Positions 13,686-25,905 of a stretch of 64,000 bases of DNA are shown here, piece after piece; position 1 is the stretch's first letter; every line of letters begins with the position of its first letter. Made by a program: the position numbers and the translations under genes. The notes beneath the pieces are model-generated. The model did not search any database, was not told the DNA's origin, and saw only the letters and a list, made by a program, of their open reading frames with translations. The stretch comes from Octopus sinensis (taxonomy: Eukaryota), in the NCBI RefSeq assembly GCF_006345805.1, contig NC_042998.1:47058001-47122000 (forward strand). The letters are read 5' to 3'.

Positions 13686-15098
13686 TATCTAAAGATCAAT
13701 CAACCAATCATATTTCACGTATCTGTATAGTTTCAGCTCACTGCTCTAGACTTTATTTCTAGATACGTCCACGTTATAAGTTAATAATTAAAAAAATTGT
13801 GGGTTTGCACCCCAATATTGCTCATATTTGTAATATCAAGCATGTCAACGCTTAAATATCGTATTATTTTCTTTCTTTCATTTTGTTTCCCATGTAGTTG
13901 TATCAATATTGGATGAAATAAAGTCTTAAATATTGCAGTATAAAAAATGAAAATTATGAAGATTTGTGATGTTGCGAATGAAAATAAAAAAAAATGATGA
14001 GTAATACAATCAAGTCATGAGAACAGTTTTAATACCAAAGGAAGAATGTTTCAGATATATGAAAGAAAAAAAAAAGAACACAAATAGAAACTTCAGCAAA
14101 AGTTTTTAGAACAGTACCTATGCTCTTCTAAATTCTAAAGATACAGTTTCAGAATAGTAACAGAATTTTTCAGATGGAATTTGCTTTGGGCACTAAGAAC
14201 TCTACCCATAGAAAGACCGTTTCTTTATCAAGTTGTATATTGTATAGCTAATCCGTTTAAGCTGGAAGAAAGATAGAATCAGTACAGAGTTGAAACGCAC
14301 TTTCAGAATTTAGTTGCAGCATATTACGTTCTGTATTTAGTCCTACTGAGGTTGAATTCACTTTTCATCATTCCTACGTAGTTAAACGAGTAACATTCAA
14401 ATTACTGAGGACAATAAAATCGACTATTTTCCTGTAAAAATATATAAATAAATGAATGAATGAATAAATTATTGAATAAATAAATAAAAGGGTTATGTTA
14501 CACACATTTTTAAATTCTAAATTTTCCTACCTTTACAGTTACTGCTATATAGTTTGTGCTTGGCTTAATTTTTGTAAATCTCGTAACGACGAATATACAG
14601 AATATACAGTAAAGCGGAGAGGAACAAATGAAATATTCTTAACAAGGTTTATCAAAGTGATGTGTATGTGATTAACAGTAAGAACCAAACATTTAGAAAG
14701 TAAAGCTAAGACTAGATAATATAAAGTGAAATGTCGATATTTGTAAGAGTATGTTATCGTAATCGTGTAAATTAAAGAAATATAAGCCCACATTGCTCAG
14801 CTCGATTTTATGAGCTTCCTAATATATTCAAATTGAGAGCAATATCGATGTAAGATGTAATGAACAAATGTAAAACAAAATGTAGTATCTAGAAGAAACA
14901 TATCTATATATGCCATGTGAACAGTGCCAGTTGATTGTTCTAGGACTCCAAGACGTGTTAAAAACACTGTCTGGCATGTTCTCAGTACATGAAATTAATA
15001 GTAGCACATAAATACATATACCGTATTTATTAAATAATATTTATCTCTCGCCAGATGAAGTATATTTTTGTTGACCTTACCATCACGGAATAGTGCAC

Positions 15099-15154
<56 letters not shown>

Positions 15155-15549
15155 ACAAGTAAACAAACAGGGTATGTGATGCGCTACATGGTTATATCAA
15201 GGGTTGAACAGAAAGAACGTAGCAAGTAGAAAAAGTTAGATGAAAGGAGGGGAAATGGAAAACTAGACGAAAATTTAACGGACGGGAAATTTAAGCAGAA
15301 ACACGATACATGGAATATTCGCAGCTGATTTCCTCGTCAGACAATGAACCAAAGTATCATAGCATAGTGGTTTCGCGCCATTTACTATTGACACAACTCA
15401 GTTTTGGAAGCGGCAGACCATTTAGTGTCTGGGAAAAAACTAGCTAGCTAAGGCAGAAACAAACAAGACATTATATAGATATAACAGACAAAGAATTATG
15501 CATATATAACAGCACAAAGCTTACGGCTATATACAACGACAGAAAACGA

Positions 15550-15613
<64 letters not shown>

Positions 15614-16299
15614 CAACAGAAAGAGCTTTGCAGCTATCGATCGAACTTAGTGGAGTGGCACAAAGACGAAATGGAGAAAGTTCTAGAAGATATAGCAGGA
15701 GCCTGCTAAGGGCTCTTCGTATGTCCATCTCAGGAAATTATCTATTTTTCGGAGAAGTTCAGCCAGTTAATGTTCATGGAAATCAAAATTTCACCAGGAA
15801 AGTCATCGTTCTCACTCTACTTCCTTGTTGTTGCTTGTTATTACCACTCTGTTGTTGTTATAGTTGTTATCACTATTGTCTTAATGTTGGTACAACTGAT
15901 GGTGTTACTGTTCGAAATCAACATCTCCCACACTATACTACATACTTTCAACTTCATAATGCACCCCCCTCCTGTTGGGCGGTGAGCAAAGATATAGCCA
16001 TTTTGAAACTTTTTCTATATTTCCCAAACTTTTTTAATTTTGCAGCATAGGACAAGTAACACTAAATAATAACTATCTGATTAGACTCATTCTTTTCTCT
16101 CCTTTGTTTTGCCTGACATTCTAGGAGACATACTATTCACATTCATACAGTCACACATACTCAAACACACACGTACACACACATACACATAAATTCCCTT
16201 CGCTGAGACTTTTAGCAAATAATTTTGCCAAACAATAGAAAGGTATTTGTGTTTCAAAGTGGACAATAAGAAGGGAATGTCTTAATTGAGCGAGTCAAC

Positions 16300-16730
16300 C
16301 TGGGAGCATTTACAATGTCGGCCCATTTCTAGAAAAAGCAGTTAAATGTGCTTCAAAACACTCCCTAGTGTCTCAAGAAAGGAAATAAACAGTGGGCAAC
16401 ATAGTTTAGATAATAATTTACTGACCAGATGCGGGATGTGCTTGATTATATATTTATTTAACCTATGTTGACCTGGGGTTAAGAACAATAACAATGGCAA
16501 ATGACCATTCCCCAATCGCTGGAACCAAAAGGGGGTCTCTTGTTTTGCTAGAAATAGTAACTGATTCTTCCACAAAGCACACCTTATACTCTTGAAGAAG
16601 AAAAATTAATTGAGATGAATAGTTCTTGTGATTCCATGTCTCAGAAATACTATATGATGGATCTGATTTGAATGCCTTTTTACAAAATAATGACCTGGGA
16701 TTGCACAACAACAAAAACAACAACAATTTC
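16300..16730 (+). mobile_element. Two tandem decayed copies of a retroposon 3'-tail repeat
   Basis: Each unit runs ctagaaa(t)a.. to tgacctggg..aacaa(c/t)aac; similar units at 30985-31190 and 35030-35250. Confidence 0.5.
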
Positions 16731-16894
16731 TCAATCATGTCGTCCAGTGTGATTCATGCGATCTGAATTTAAATTTATTTCTTATGGCGAGATCATAGGT
16801 ATTAATATTAGTATATAAAAGAAACTTTAAAAGAAAACATTATGAATGTTAACTATATTTTAGTAGTTCATCAGTTATCATTTCTTTTAGAATG

Positions 16895-17090
16895 TAGGTC
16901 GTGAGTTGGTAGAATTGATAGCGTATCGGACAGAATGCTAAGTAGTATTGCTGTCTGATCTTTACATTCTGATTTCAAGTACTACCAGGTTCAGCTTTGC
17001 TGTTCATCTTTTCAGAACAAGTATTCAGGTTGATGTCATCAACTTTCTCCCTACCCCGAAAATTACTGGGCTTGTAACAAAATTTATAAC
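16895..17090 (+). mobile_element. SINE family B, divergent
   Basis: gagttggtagaattgatagc head and caggttcagctttgctgttcatc domain. Confidence 0.7.
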
Positions 17091-18215
17091 CATAATTTTA
17101 TTTGAAATGATAATGTATCGGGTTATTTTCCAAGGCTATTGAAAATATCTCAAAACGTTTCAAATTAGAATTTACCTAAGTAGGATTTGTCAAATTCAGT
17201 TGCTGGAATGTTGGTTGCTAAAGCATGAATGGTAAATAACCCATTAAGTTCGCTTATGGTCGACTTATAAACTCATGCAATTGGCCTATAAGTGAACATT
17301 TGTTACAATTATCTGTATATTACAGCTTCTTATCTATGCATATAATTATTGGAAAACTGAATCTATTTAGAAATGTACTATTGCTAAAGTATTATATCCT
17401 TGGAAAAAAAACCAACAAACTATTCAATTATTCTCACACAGAGAAAATCTGCCTTGTTTTCATTTTTACAAATGTCTACATAAATTATCAGACGTGTTAA
17501 CAAAAGTTGTACACAATAAACCTTACTGTTAATTTATAGTAAATATGTAGACAGGTATTGTCCATTTTTAATACTTCGTCTCTTGTCTATTCAGTATTTC
17601 AAGGTCAAATTCGTATTCTAGTAGTTATGAAGAGCGTTTGTGTTCATCTACAAATGGCTATTTTAACTTTGAAATAATCCTTTATGTTAAGATCCATTCA
17701 TACTAGTAATGAATGAAATAGTTTGAGATGAGTGGGCAAATTGCATACTACATTTAATTATGAATGAGCTCCTCTACCGCACTATGTGACTTATGCATCT
17801 GTATATTTCTGTGCTATTTATCCTTCTCCTCCAGCTTATACACATACACCCCCCACACACATATATGTGTGTATTGTAAATATTCTTATATTTCGAGGCA
17901 GTCATTTTATTTTTCAAATAAACACACGCAATATATATTCGTTCTTCTCGCGATTGTTACTGTTTTATTCTATCGTATGTCCATTGTCTCCAGATCCTTC
18001 GTCACTCGTCTGTGATCTCTTCAGCGACCCTTTTCGTTCACTGTATGCTTATGCTCCGCTTACTCCTGTCACATCGGGAATATTGTAACACAAATCCATA
18101 CTTGGGTGTAAATGTAATGTATATATATATATATATATATATATACATCTATTTATATTTATATTAATATTTCTAAGTCTCTCTAAAGGAGACTACGGCA
18201 GCGGTACTGGATATT

Positions 18216-18557
18216 AACATGGCAGTCCAGAATAATAGGAACGAATGCTGTCGTTGATTCGCTCCAAGAGGCCATCGCCTCTACCTAGCTATGTGACATA
18301 CGAACTTGTATCCATTATAACTTTCTAACAGACGGTCAGTATCGACGCCTGTTGAGTTCGGCTGCTCTACATTGATAAGTGACAAATACCCTAAAACTAG
18401 TCTGTAGATGTCATACCAGCAAGGGGAAGTGGCTGACCTCCCCTGTTCGAAGGTTATAATGGACACAGGTTCGTGTGTGACATAGCTATCTAGAGGCGAT
18501 GGCATCTTGGAGCTAATCAACAGCAGTATTCGTCCTATTTTTCTGGACTGCTATGTT
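18216..18557. mobile_element. Long-TIR foldback/MITE-like element
   Basis: Arms about 18216-18340 and 18433-18557 are reverse complements (about 16 differences in 116 nt, counted by eye); TA at both outer edges. Confidence 0.8.
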
Positions 18558-18584
18558 AGCTTGGCGATAACTATTAATATATAT

Positions 18585-18631
<47 letters not shown>

Positions 18632-18650
18632 GTATATATATATATGTATG

Positions 18651-18708
<58 letters not shown>

Positions 18709-18732
18709 ATATATATGTATGTATATATATAT

Positions 18733-18762
<30 letters not shown>

Positions 18763-18764
<2 letters not shown>

Positions 18765-19387
18765 CATGCGTATAATAGGAGATGACCATTCAGTGGACAT
18801 CTAATATGCTAGAAGATCACCTACCATCTAACCACAAAGAAAAGAATGTTCTCTAGAGAAATTCAGCAAACACCAGAACATAAGCGGGTAAGACAGATGA
18901 AAATATACAAAGTACAGAATGAATCGTAGACCGGTTTCGTCATTAGCGATTTTACTTACGTAACATCGTCCGTGGACCCCAGTACAATCGTTCCAATTCA
19001 ATATAATTTGTAGAAATATATACGGGTTGTCCTCATAAAATTAGAAGTGTGTATAGTTTTACTGATACAGTGGGGTTATTTTCAAATTTCTAAGTTCTGG
19101 CGCGCTAAATCCCGGAAACAGTTCCGCAGTAGATAATTTACTGCTGTTAATGTTGCCTGTTAGAGACATAATTATTTAAAATTTAAATAATGAGGGTGAT
19201 AAATTGAATATTAATTTAATTAACATCAATTTAAAACCAGTTGCCTAGCATATAGAAAAATCTGAAAATTCAGAAAAATTGAAATACATGCGTATAATAG
19301 TAATACATGCGTATAATAGATCGTAGGTGATTTTCTTCTAGCATATTGGATGTCCACTTAGTGGTCATCCCTTATTATACTTCGTAT
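18763..19387. repeat. Inverted repeat with about 65-bp arms around an about 480-bp spacer
   Basis: gtataataggagatgaccattcagtggacatctaatatgctagaag (18770-18815) versus the reverse complement of 19320-19381. Confidence 0.75.
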
Positions 19388-19399
19388 TGATGTACAGAC

Positions 19400-20035
19400 A
19401 CAAGTTTTCGTCGCCTGTAACGATTCAGTAAAGAAATCGTTGCTTGAGTCCATGAGATGAGCGGAGATCGTGGCTCGTTGATTTTTGTAGTTCTCACTTA
19501 AAGCATGCAGAACTCATGCTCCATACTTCTGAACCTTTTCCATCGAATGAAGATGCTTCTCTATAGCAGTGTGGGAGCATTCCATTTTCTCTACCAGTTC
19601 CCTTGTCGTTTGACTAGAATTTTCGCGCAAAAGTTGGTTTAATCTCTCTTCATCGCACTCAACTGGACGACCAGAACGAGGTGCGTCTTTGATGTCAAAA
19701 TTTCCCTTTTAAGAACTTGACATACCAATCATGAGCGGTCCTTTCAGCTATGGCACCTCCTACATACGCAGCATAAATGTCGTGAGCAGCTTTCGCGGCC
19801 TTAGAATCTTGATTAAAAGCAAAAAGAAGGAGGTGTCTAAAATGCTTGATTTTCTTAACTTGACCTTCTATGTTAATGATCTGAAAATAAACAAAAATTA
19901 ATTAAAATTAACTAGAAAAAAAAAGATTCCAAAGCGATTCAAAAATACAATTCTTGAAAAAAATTTCAAAATTTAAAAACGCAATAAATTCCAAAATTAA
20001 AAAAAAACCGCGGGAACTTACTTGCCAACCCAATA
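19400..20035 (-). mobile_element. mariner element, 5' half (TIR plus decayed transposase N terminus)
   Basis: TIR tattgggttggcaagtaagttccc at 20012-20035; translation KHFRHLLLFAFNQDSKAAKAAHDIY..NFDIKDAPRSGRPVE..NSSQTTRELVEK..KYGAWVLHAL; start codon mutated near 19871. Confidence 0.9.
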
Positions 20036-20045
20036 TATATATACG

Positions 20046-20352
20046 CGTAGGAGTGGTTCTGTGGTAAATAGCTTGCTTACCAACCACATGGTTCTGGGTT
20101 CAGTCCCACTTCGTGGTACCTTGAGCAAGCGTCTTCGCCTATAGCCTCGGGCTATAGTATATGTTTGTGTGTCTGTGTTTGTCGCTTGACAACCGATACT
20201 GGTGTGTTTACGTGCCCGCAATTTAGTGGTTCGGCAAAAGAGGCCGATAGAATAAGGACTAGGCTTACAAAGAATAAGTCCTGGGGTCGATTTGCTCGAC
20301 TAAAGACTGTGCTCCAGCATGACCACAGTCAAATGACTGAAACAAGTAAAAT
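20046..20352 (+). mobile_element. SINE family A with internal deletion
   Basis: Head to gcctcgggc joined directly to the tail; the gaccaaagcc..gaaagaagcccg block is missing. Confidence 0.88.
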
Positions 20353-20484
20353 AATAAAAGGTATACACACACACACGCACACACGCACACACATATATAA
20401 GGAAAGCAGAAAATGGAGATACAATTGATGAATAAGAATTGATTTACATCAAATATCATTTATTACTTAATTACAAAGACAGAA

Positions 20485-20567
20485 TCTCAACTTACAGCTG
20501 TTTCGTTAGTGTAATTCTCAGTTTTAACCACCACCACCACCACAACAACAACAACAACAACAACAAC

Positions 20568-20625
<58 letters not shown>

Positions 20626-20686
20626 GTTATCATTGTAAGTAATTAGTTATACCAAATTGAATCACGGAACTTCATCAGAGCGGAAA
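20485..20686 (-). ncRNA. Type I hammerhead ribozyme fold with microsatellite-filled stem II loop
   Basis: Minus strand: UUUCCGCU-CUGAUGA-A-GUU CC GUGAUUC-[141 nt]-GAAUUAC ACU AAC-GAAAC AGCU GUA-AGUUGAGA; core intact, stem I 7 of 8 pairs. Confidence 0.65.
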
Positions 20687-20882
20687 AGTAAATAAAAAAA
20701 AACGTAAAAGGAAAAAGAAGGAAAAGAAGGAGAAAGTGAGAACGGTAATAGATGCTACATACCACTGTGAAACATTCGACCGACGAGTGGGTCAGCATGT
20801 AGCATCAATTGATTATCACCGTTCTCACTTTCTCCTCTTTATTCTTTCTCTTCGTTTTTTTTTTCTTTTTCTTTTATTTACT

Positions 20883-21084
20883 TTTCCGCTCTGATGAAGT
20901 TCCGTGATTCAGTTTAGTATAACTAATTGCTTACAAAGATAACTATCATTATTATTATTATTATTATTATTATATTATTATTATTATTATTATTATTATT
21001 ATCATCATCATCATCATCATCTTTATTATTATTGTGGTGGTTAAAACTGAGAATCACGCTAACGGTAACAGCTGTAAGTTGAGA
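20883..21084 (+). ncRNA. Core-damaged hammerhead twin
   Basis: Same architecture, but GAAAC is replaced by GGUAAC at 21064-21069. Confidence 0.5.
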
Positions 21085-21220
21085 TTCTGTCTCTTTGTTA
21101 TTAAATTAATAAATGATAATTGATGTAAATCAATTGTTATTCCTCAATTGTATCTCCATTTTCTGCTTTCCTTGAATATTTATAAACTCTATCTTATTTT
21201 CGTCATTACATATCATTTAT

Positions 21221-21428
21221 GAGCGGCAGAAACGTTAGCACGCCGGCCGAAAGGCTTAGCGGTATTTTGCCTGTCTTTACGTTCTGAGTTCAAATTCCGC
21301 CGAGGTCGACTTTGTCTTTCATCCTTTCGGGGTCGATAAATTAAGTACCAGTTGCGTACTGAGGTCGATCTAATCGACTGCCCCCTCCCCCAAAATGTCG
21401 AGCTTTGTCCCTAGAGTAGGAAAGAATA
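21221..21428 (+). mobile_element. SINE family B
   Basis: ggcagaaacgttagcacgcc head, gttctgagttcaaattcc B box, central domain. Confidence 0.9.
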
Positions 21429-21554
21429 TAGGTAATACACCATTGGATTCGGTGGATACAAGCATCCCTTAGACGGCTGTTATAGCCTCTAACTTAACTC
21501 ACCTGTGTATATATGTATATATGAATATTAAGTCGGCAACAACACATGTTATAC

Positions 21555-22270
21555 AACTAGAAAGATCGCAGATATACCCCAAATATCCCAATCGAGTGTT
21601 GAAAACCATCGGAATCAACTTGGTCACGCCAGCAGGCTTCCTCTTTGTCCTACAGGGGTTTGAATGAGGCTAACCTCGTCCAATAGGCTGCCGCTTGCGA
21701 TTCATGGTAGAAACGTGAAAAACGATTCTTTTTCCATTTTTGTTTTTGAAGAAAATGTTGACAGATGTGAAAATGTGGATCGTCTATAACAGTGTAAAGC
21801 GTGAACGCTCATGGGGTAAGGGCGATGAACCACCACCAAAAACCTCCACTCAAAGAAATTATACTTTCAATTTGGTGCGTTATAAAGATGTTCTCTTTTA
21901 CAAACTTCTTCACGGGAACAGGACCATCAGTTTGGAAATATACTGTGACTAACTGTTTAAATGAAATGCAGCGACCCACCACAAGGGCCCAGCACTTGTT
22001 ATTCATTACAACATTGTCCCTCATTACGACAATCTCACATTGCACACTTCTTACACACGCGGAAGAAGTTGTTGGGGATTAGCTGGGAAGCTTTGCCGCA
22101 CCTTCGATATTCGTCCGACCTTTCGGTCACATCAAAATTCATTGTCTAGAGAAACCATCAGCTTTGAAGAGGATGTAAAAATTCAACTGCAAGAGATTTT
22201 CGCCAGTAAAGGCAGGAAATTCTTTGACCAGGGAATAACGCCAACTAAAAGACCTCAAGTGGCCTGAACT
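21555..22270 (+). pseudogene. mariner transposase pseudogene (catalytic region)
   Basis: FLKKMLTDVKMWIVYNSVKRERSWGKGDEPP; HYDNLTLHTS; WEALPHLRYSSDL correspond to mariner TGDEKW, HDNARPH and HPPYSPDL motifs, frameshifted. Confidence 0.85.
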
Positions 22271-23545
22271 CTTTACATGAACACCACCCTGTACTTAACT
22301 CCATGTCCCCCTACATGGCCTTGCTATTTGCTTTTGAGCCAAATTAACTAACTAACTAACTAAAAACAGATGCTTGATTCATACAAGTTAATCTATGAGC
22401 ACACTGAAGGATTAACCTATGTGCAGTCTGAAGCGTTTTTGCCCAGTTTAACACAAAACTATTGTATAACGTGCTTCCGAATTGTCTTTGCGTCCCGAAT
22501 GTTTTCTGCAAACTAGTCGGCTGCGAAAAGCGGTGTTTAGTAGGGTGTGTTTAAAGTGGTTTTACAGCTATCTCTTTCATTCTGAAACAACTAAAACTGT
22601 CAGGTCAGTTTATTAGATGTATAGTAACGATATGCTAAAATAATAATTTAGGACATTTATAACTGCCTCCCTTTAAAAAGTTTCAAATCTTCTAGATTGC
22701 ACCTCATATGATATTTATTCTGTAAATCGCCTTCTATTTCAAAATTGTGCCGTACTTTCGCTTGAAAAACCGAACTGACTGTTTGGCGATTTCAGTAATT
22801 CTTAAGTTGTTAATTAGAAATACAATGCAGTAAATAAATGGACAACTATTCGGGTAGTAGCACCATCAAAACATCAACAAATCTTACAGAAGTACACACA
22901 TACACACACACACAAACACACATACACACACACACACACAAACGCACGCACACAGACGCATACAGACGCGTGATATATGCATGTGTGTTTATATATATAT
23001 ATATGTATGTACATATAATATATATATATATACACACATATGTATATCTATGTGCATATATATGTATATGTATGATTATTTATATGTATACATATGTGTG
23101 TGTGTGTGTGTGTGTTTGTGTGTGTGACTGTGTCGTATGCTTTAAAGGTAGATAGATAGTGATGGACTTGAACTAGAAGTAATATTTTCAAATTTCACCT
23201 TAATGAACGGAATACACATTGGATGATGTAATACAGCGAATATATCAGGCATATTAGGCATGCAGGGTATGCCAAATATGATAAAAAAATGAGACGGAAG
23301 GCCGTGGGTTGAAAACTTATCTACAAGTTCATTTTTCTGGGGGGAAAAAACCCGCCCTTTCCTAATATTTGAGCCATTGAAAAGCGGGTACAGTACAATG
23401 GTATTAACTGAGATTCTAGTAAATAACTGATGTGTTTCACCGATATTATAGCATTCTCGTTATTATAACTAAAGACTATGATACGATAGTAGGAAACCAA
23501 GCATAGATATCTACTAAATGCAACGATCGAGCATATGTAGACGTA

Positions 23546-23990
23546 CCTTTTGCACATTTATCGAGGCCAAATTGCATCTTGATGTCATCACTGAATTGTT
23601 TAACAATCGCTAGTAAACTCTTGAGTTGTTGGTCATTTTTTGCACAAAGCTTTAAATCATCCATATAAATGCGATGATTTATATTTTTATCAAACATTTT
23701 ATAACCGTGCAGTATATCATTGAGCAATTTCGAGAGAGGTATTAAGTCTAGAAAAAAGAGGTGTGGTGATAGTGAGTCACCCTGGAAAATGCCACATGAA
23801 ATTCTTACATCTCCAGCATTAAGAGATTCGTTGTCACCGTTCAAAGTCAGTGTGGTTCTCCATGATCTAATACTTACAGACAAAACGTTTCGCAGAGTAG
23901 GAGCTATTCTATACCTTTCCAGACTATTTGATTCTTAATCCAGCAATGTAGTAGGCTATCAAAAGCGTTTTTATAGCCTATCCAGGCTAC
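23546..23990 (-). pseudogene. R4/Dong-clade LINE reverse transcriptase fragment
   Basis: AWIGYKNAFDS; GIFQGDSLSP; INHRIYMDDLKLCAKNDQQL; FSDDIKMQFGLDKCAK. Confidence 0.9.
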
Positions 23991-24278
23991 TGACAAGTTT
24001 TTGTACCGTTTGTGACAATCTTTGAAGCTCATCTTATTGATGAGTAGCTGATCTTTACAACTATAAGATCCACGTTTACATCCTTTTTGCTCATTAGTGA
24101 ATATGCCACTTTCTATTAAAACCCTAAAGGTATATTCAGTCAGGACAGATGTTAGCGTTTTATATATTGTTGTTAAGCAGGTTATGGGTGGATAATTTTT
24201 TGGTTCATTTGTTTCTTCATTTTTTGGGGAGTAGGAGTGTTAAACCATTAACTAGCCGAGAGGGATCATACTAGGATG

Positions 24279-24318
<40 letters not shown>

Positions 24319-24365
24319 TATTATTATTATTAAGGTCATTGCCTGGAATTGAACTCTGGGGTTAG

Positions 24366-24490
24366 TAGCCTTTACCTTTCATCCTTTCGGGCTCGATAAA
24401 TTAACTACCAGTTGCGTACTGGGGTCGATCTAATTAACTGGCCGCCTCTCCCCAAATTTCGGGCCTTGTGCCTGGAATAGAAAAGAATAT
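24366..24490 (+). mobile_element. SINE family B, 3' part
   Basis: cctttcatcctttcgggctcgataaattaactaccagttgcgtactggggtcgat. Confidence 0.85.
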
Positions 24491-24994
24491 TATGTCTACA
24501 ATATCCTATTTGCTTTTCCCGATTTAAGACGGTGGTGAATAAATTTAGGAATATTCTGCTGCTCTTCCTAGCAAATCGAACGATATCTGTAAGGCTCTAC
24601 CTTTAACTCTTTTTTTTCCACGTGTTATTGAATAGAAGCGTGTGTATAAAGAACATGATGTCGTTGAAGATTATAACGTTGTAGAAGTGTTATGGTATAT
24701 GATAAAGCATATTGATAAAGCATATGATAAAGAGTTGAACGTGGTGGCGTGCTTGGAAGATATAACATCCTTATAGAATATAATTAAGTTTTATAGTGTC
24801 ATTCAAGCGACTGGTATTCAACCGTAAATCTATATTTTCGTCTGCTAAAAGGCAAAAAAGGAGATAAAATTTTACAAATGTGGAGGATAGGAAAGGGTAA
24901 GTGACTGAAAGGAAAGAAGAAGGGTTAAGTAACGAAGTGCAGAATAGGGCAAGAGAAAAGAGAGCGAAAGTACGGGAAAGAACTAAAAGAAAAG

Positions 24995-25047
<53 letters not shown>

Positions 25048-25862
25048 TATTATTATTATCAAACTCGTTTCGTTTGTTCTTTTGAAGACGACCAACTAGA
25101 TGTGTTTAAAAAGGTCTAAGATATCAATTCCAGGAAAATTGGGTAGTTTTACAAAACCACGACTTGGTTCAGCGGTTAATGTTCTTTCATTTAAATAAAT
25201 TAAGCAAGTTTATTGGCAGTACGGCACGCTTCAGTGGTTAATGCCCTTCCATTTAAGTAGTCTATGAAGGTTCGATTTCTAAGTTAACAAATGGGACATA
25301 TTTTATCTAATGGATTCAGAAGACTTCTAGAAGTTGGACTCTACCATAAACTTGCTAACGATATAGCATTTCTCAGTTTTCTTTTGTGTATCATATATCT
25401 TAGGAAGCAGCCTTAGTCGGGAATCAGACAATACTTATATCTCAATTATCACGCTTGAACAAATTAATCTTTAAATGATCGACGGAGTGTTGGAAGAGCT
25501 AAATATCAAGTGTTTTAAAGGTTTACCCAATTCATTTCTGCTACGTCAAACAGACATATTTAATTCAAACTGTAGATATCTTTGGGTTTTATTCGCTTGA
25601 CTTGCACACATCTTATGTAGTTATGGGTTAGCAAGTTTATAAGGTTATTGACATCGAAGAGAGTACCTACCAAGAAGCGTTCATAGTATTTCAATTTTAC
25701 TCTATCATTCTTAGATATCTGATATATTCTCCGCTAGTTTTACATACTCTACTTAATACTTGATTCCATTGAATGATCTTTCAATTAACGTTTGACTTCT
25801 CTTATATATAGCTATGCATAAAAACACGCATTAATATATATGTATATATATATATATATTAT

Positions 25863-25905
<43 letters not shown>

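Larger units (their letters stand above)
20399..21173. repeat. 775-bp foldback of two head-to-head PLE-like terminal repeats
   Basis: 20399-20760 and 20797-21173 are reverse complements (about 90% by eye outside the microsatellites), 36-nt spacer. Confidence 0.9.

Noticed and set aside
15699-15723. ACGAA-GAGCC..GGCUC stem-II-like motif on the minus strand
   Set aside because: Both core segments are lost
15628-16050. 140-aa plus-strand ORF
   Set aside because: No recognisable domain; partly built from degenerate TTG/TTA repeats and a PLE-like remnant
16230-16730. Apparent enhancer-like cluster of AACAAT and TGACCT motifs
   Set aside because: The motifs derive from two tandem copies of a retroposon tail ending in tgacctggg..aacaac
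17870-18090. Possible solo LTR (tgt..aca)
   Set aside because: No TSD, second copy or PBS/PPT visible
25168-25259. Short spaced direct repeats (also 24695-24735 and 28620-28660) as a CRISPR-like array
   Set aside because: Only 2-3 degenerate units in a eukaryotic context; ordinary tandem duplications
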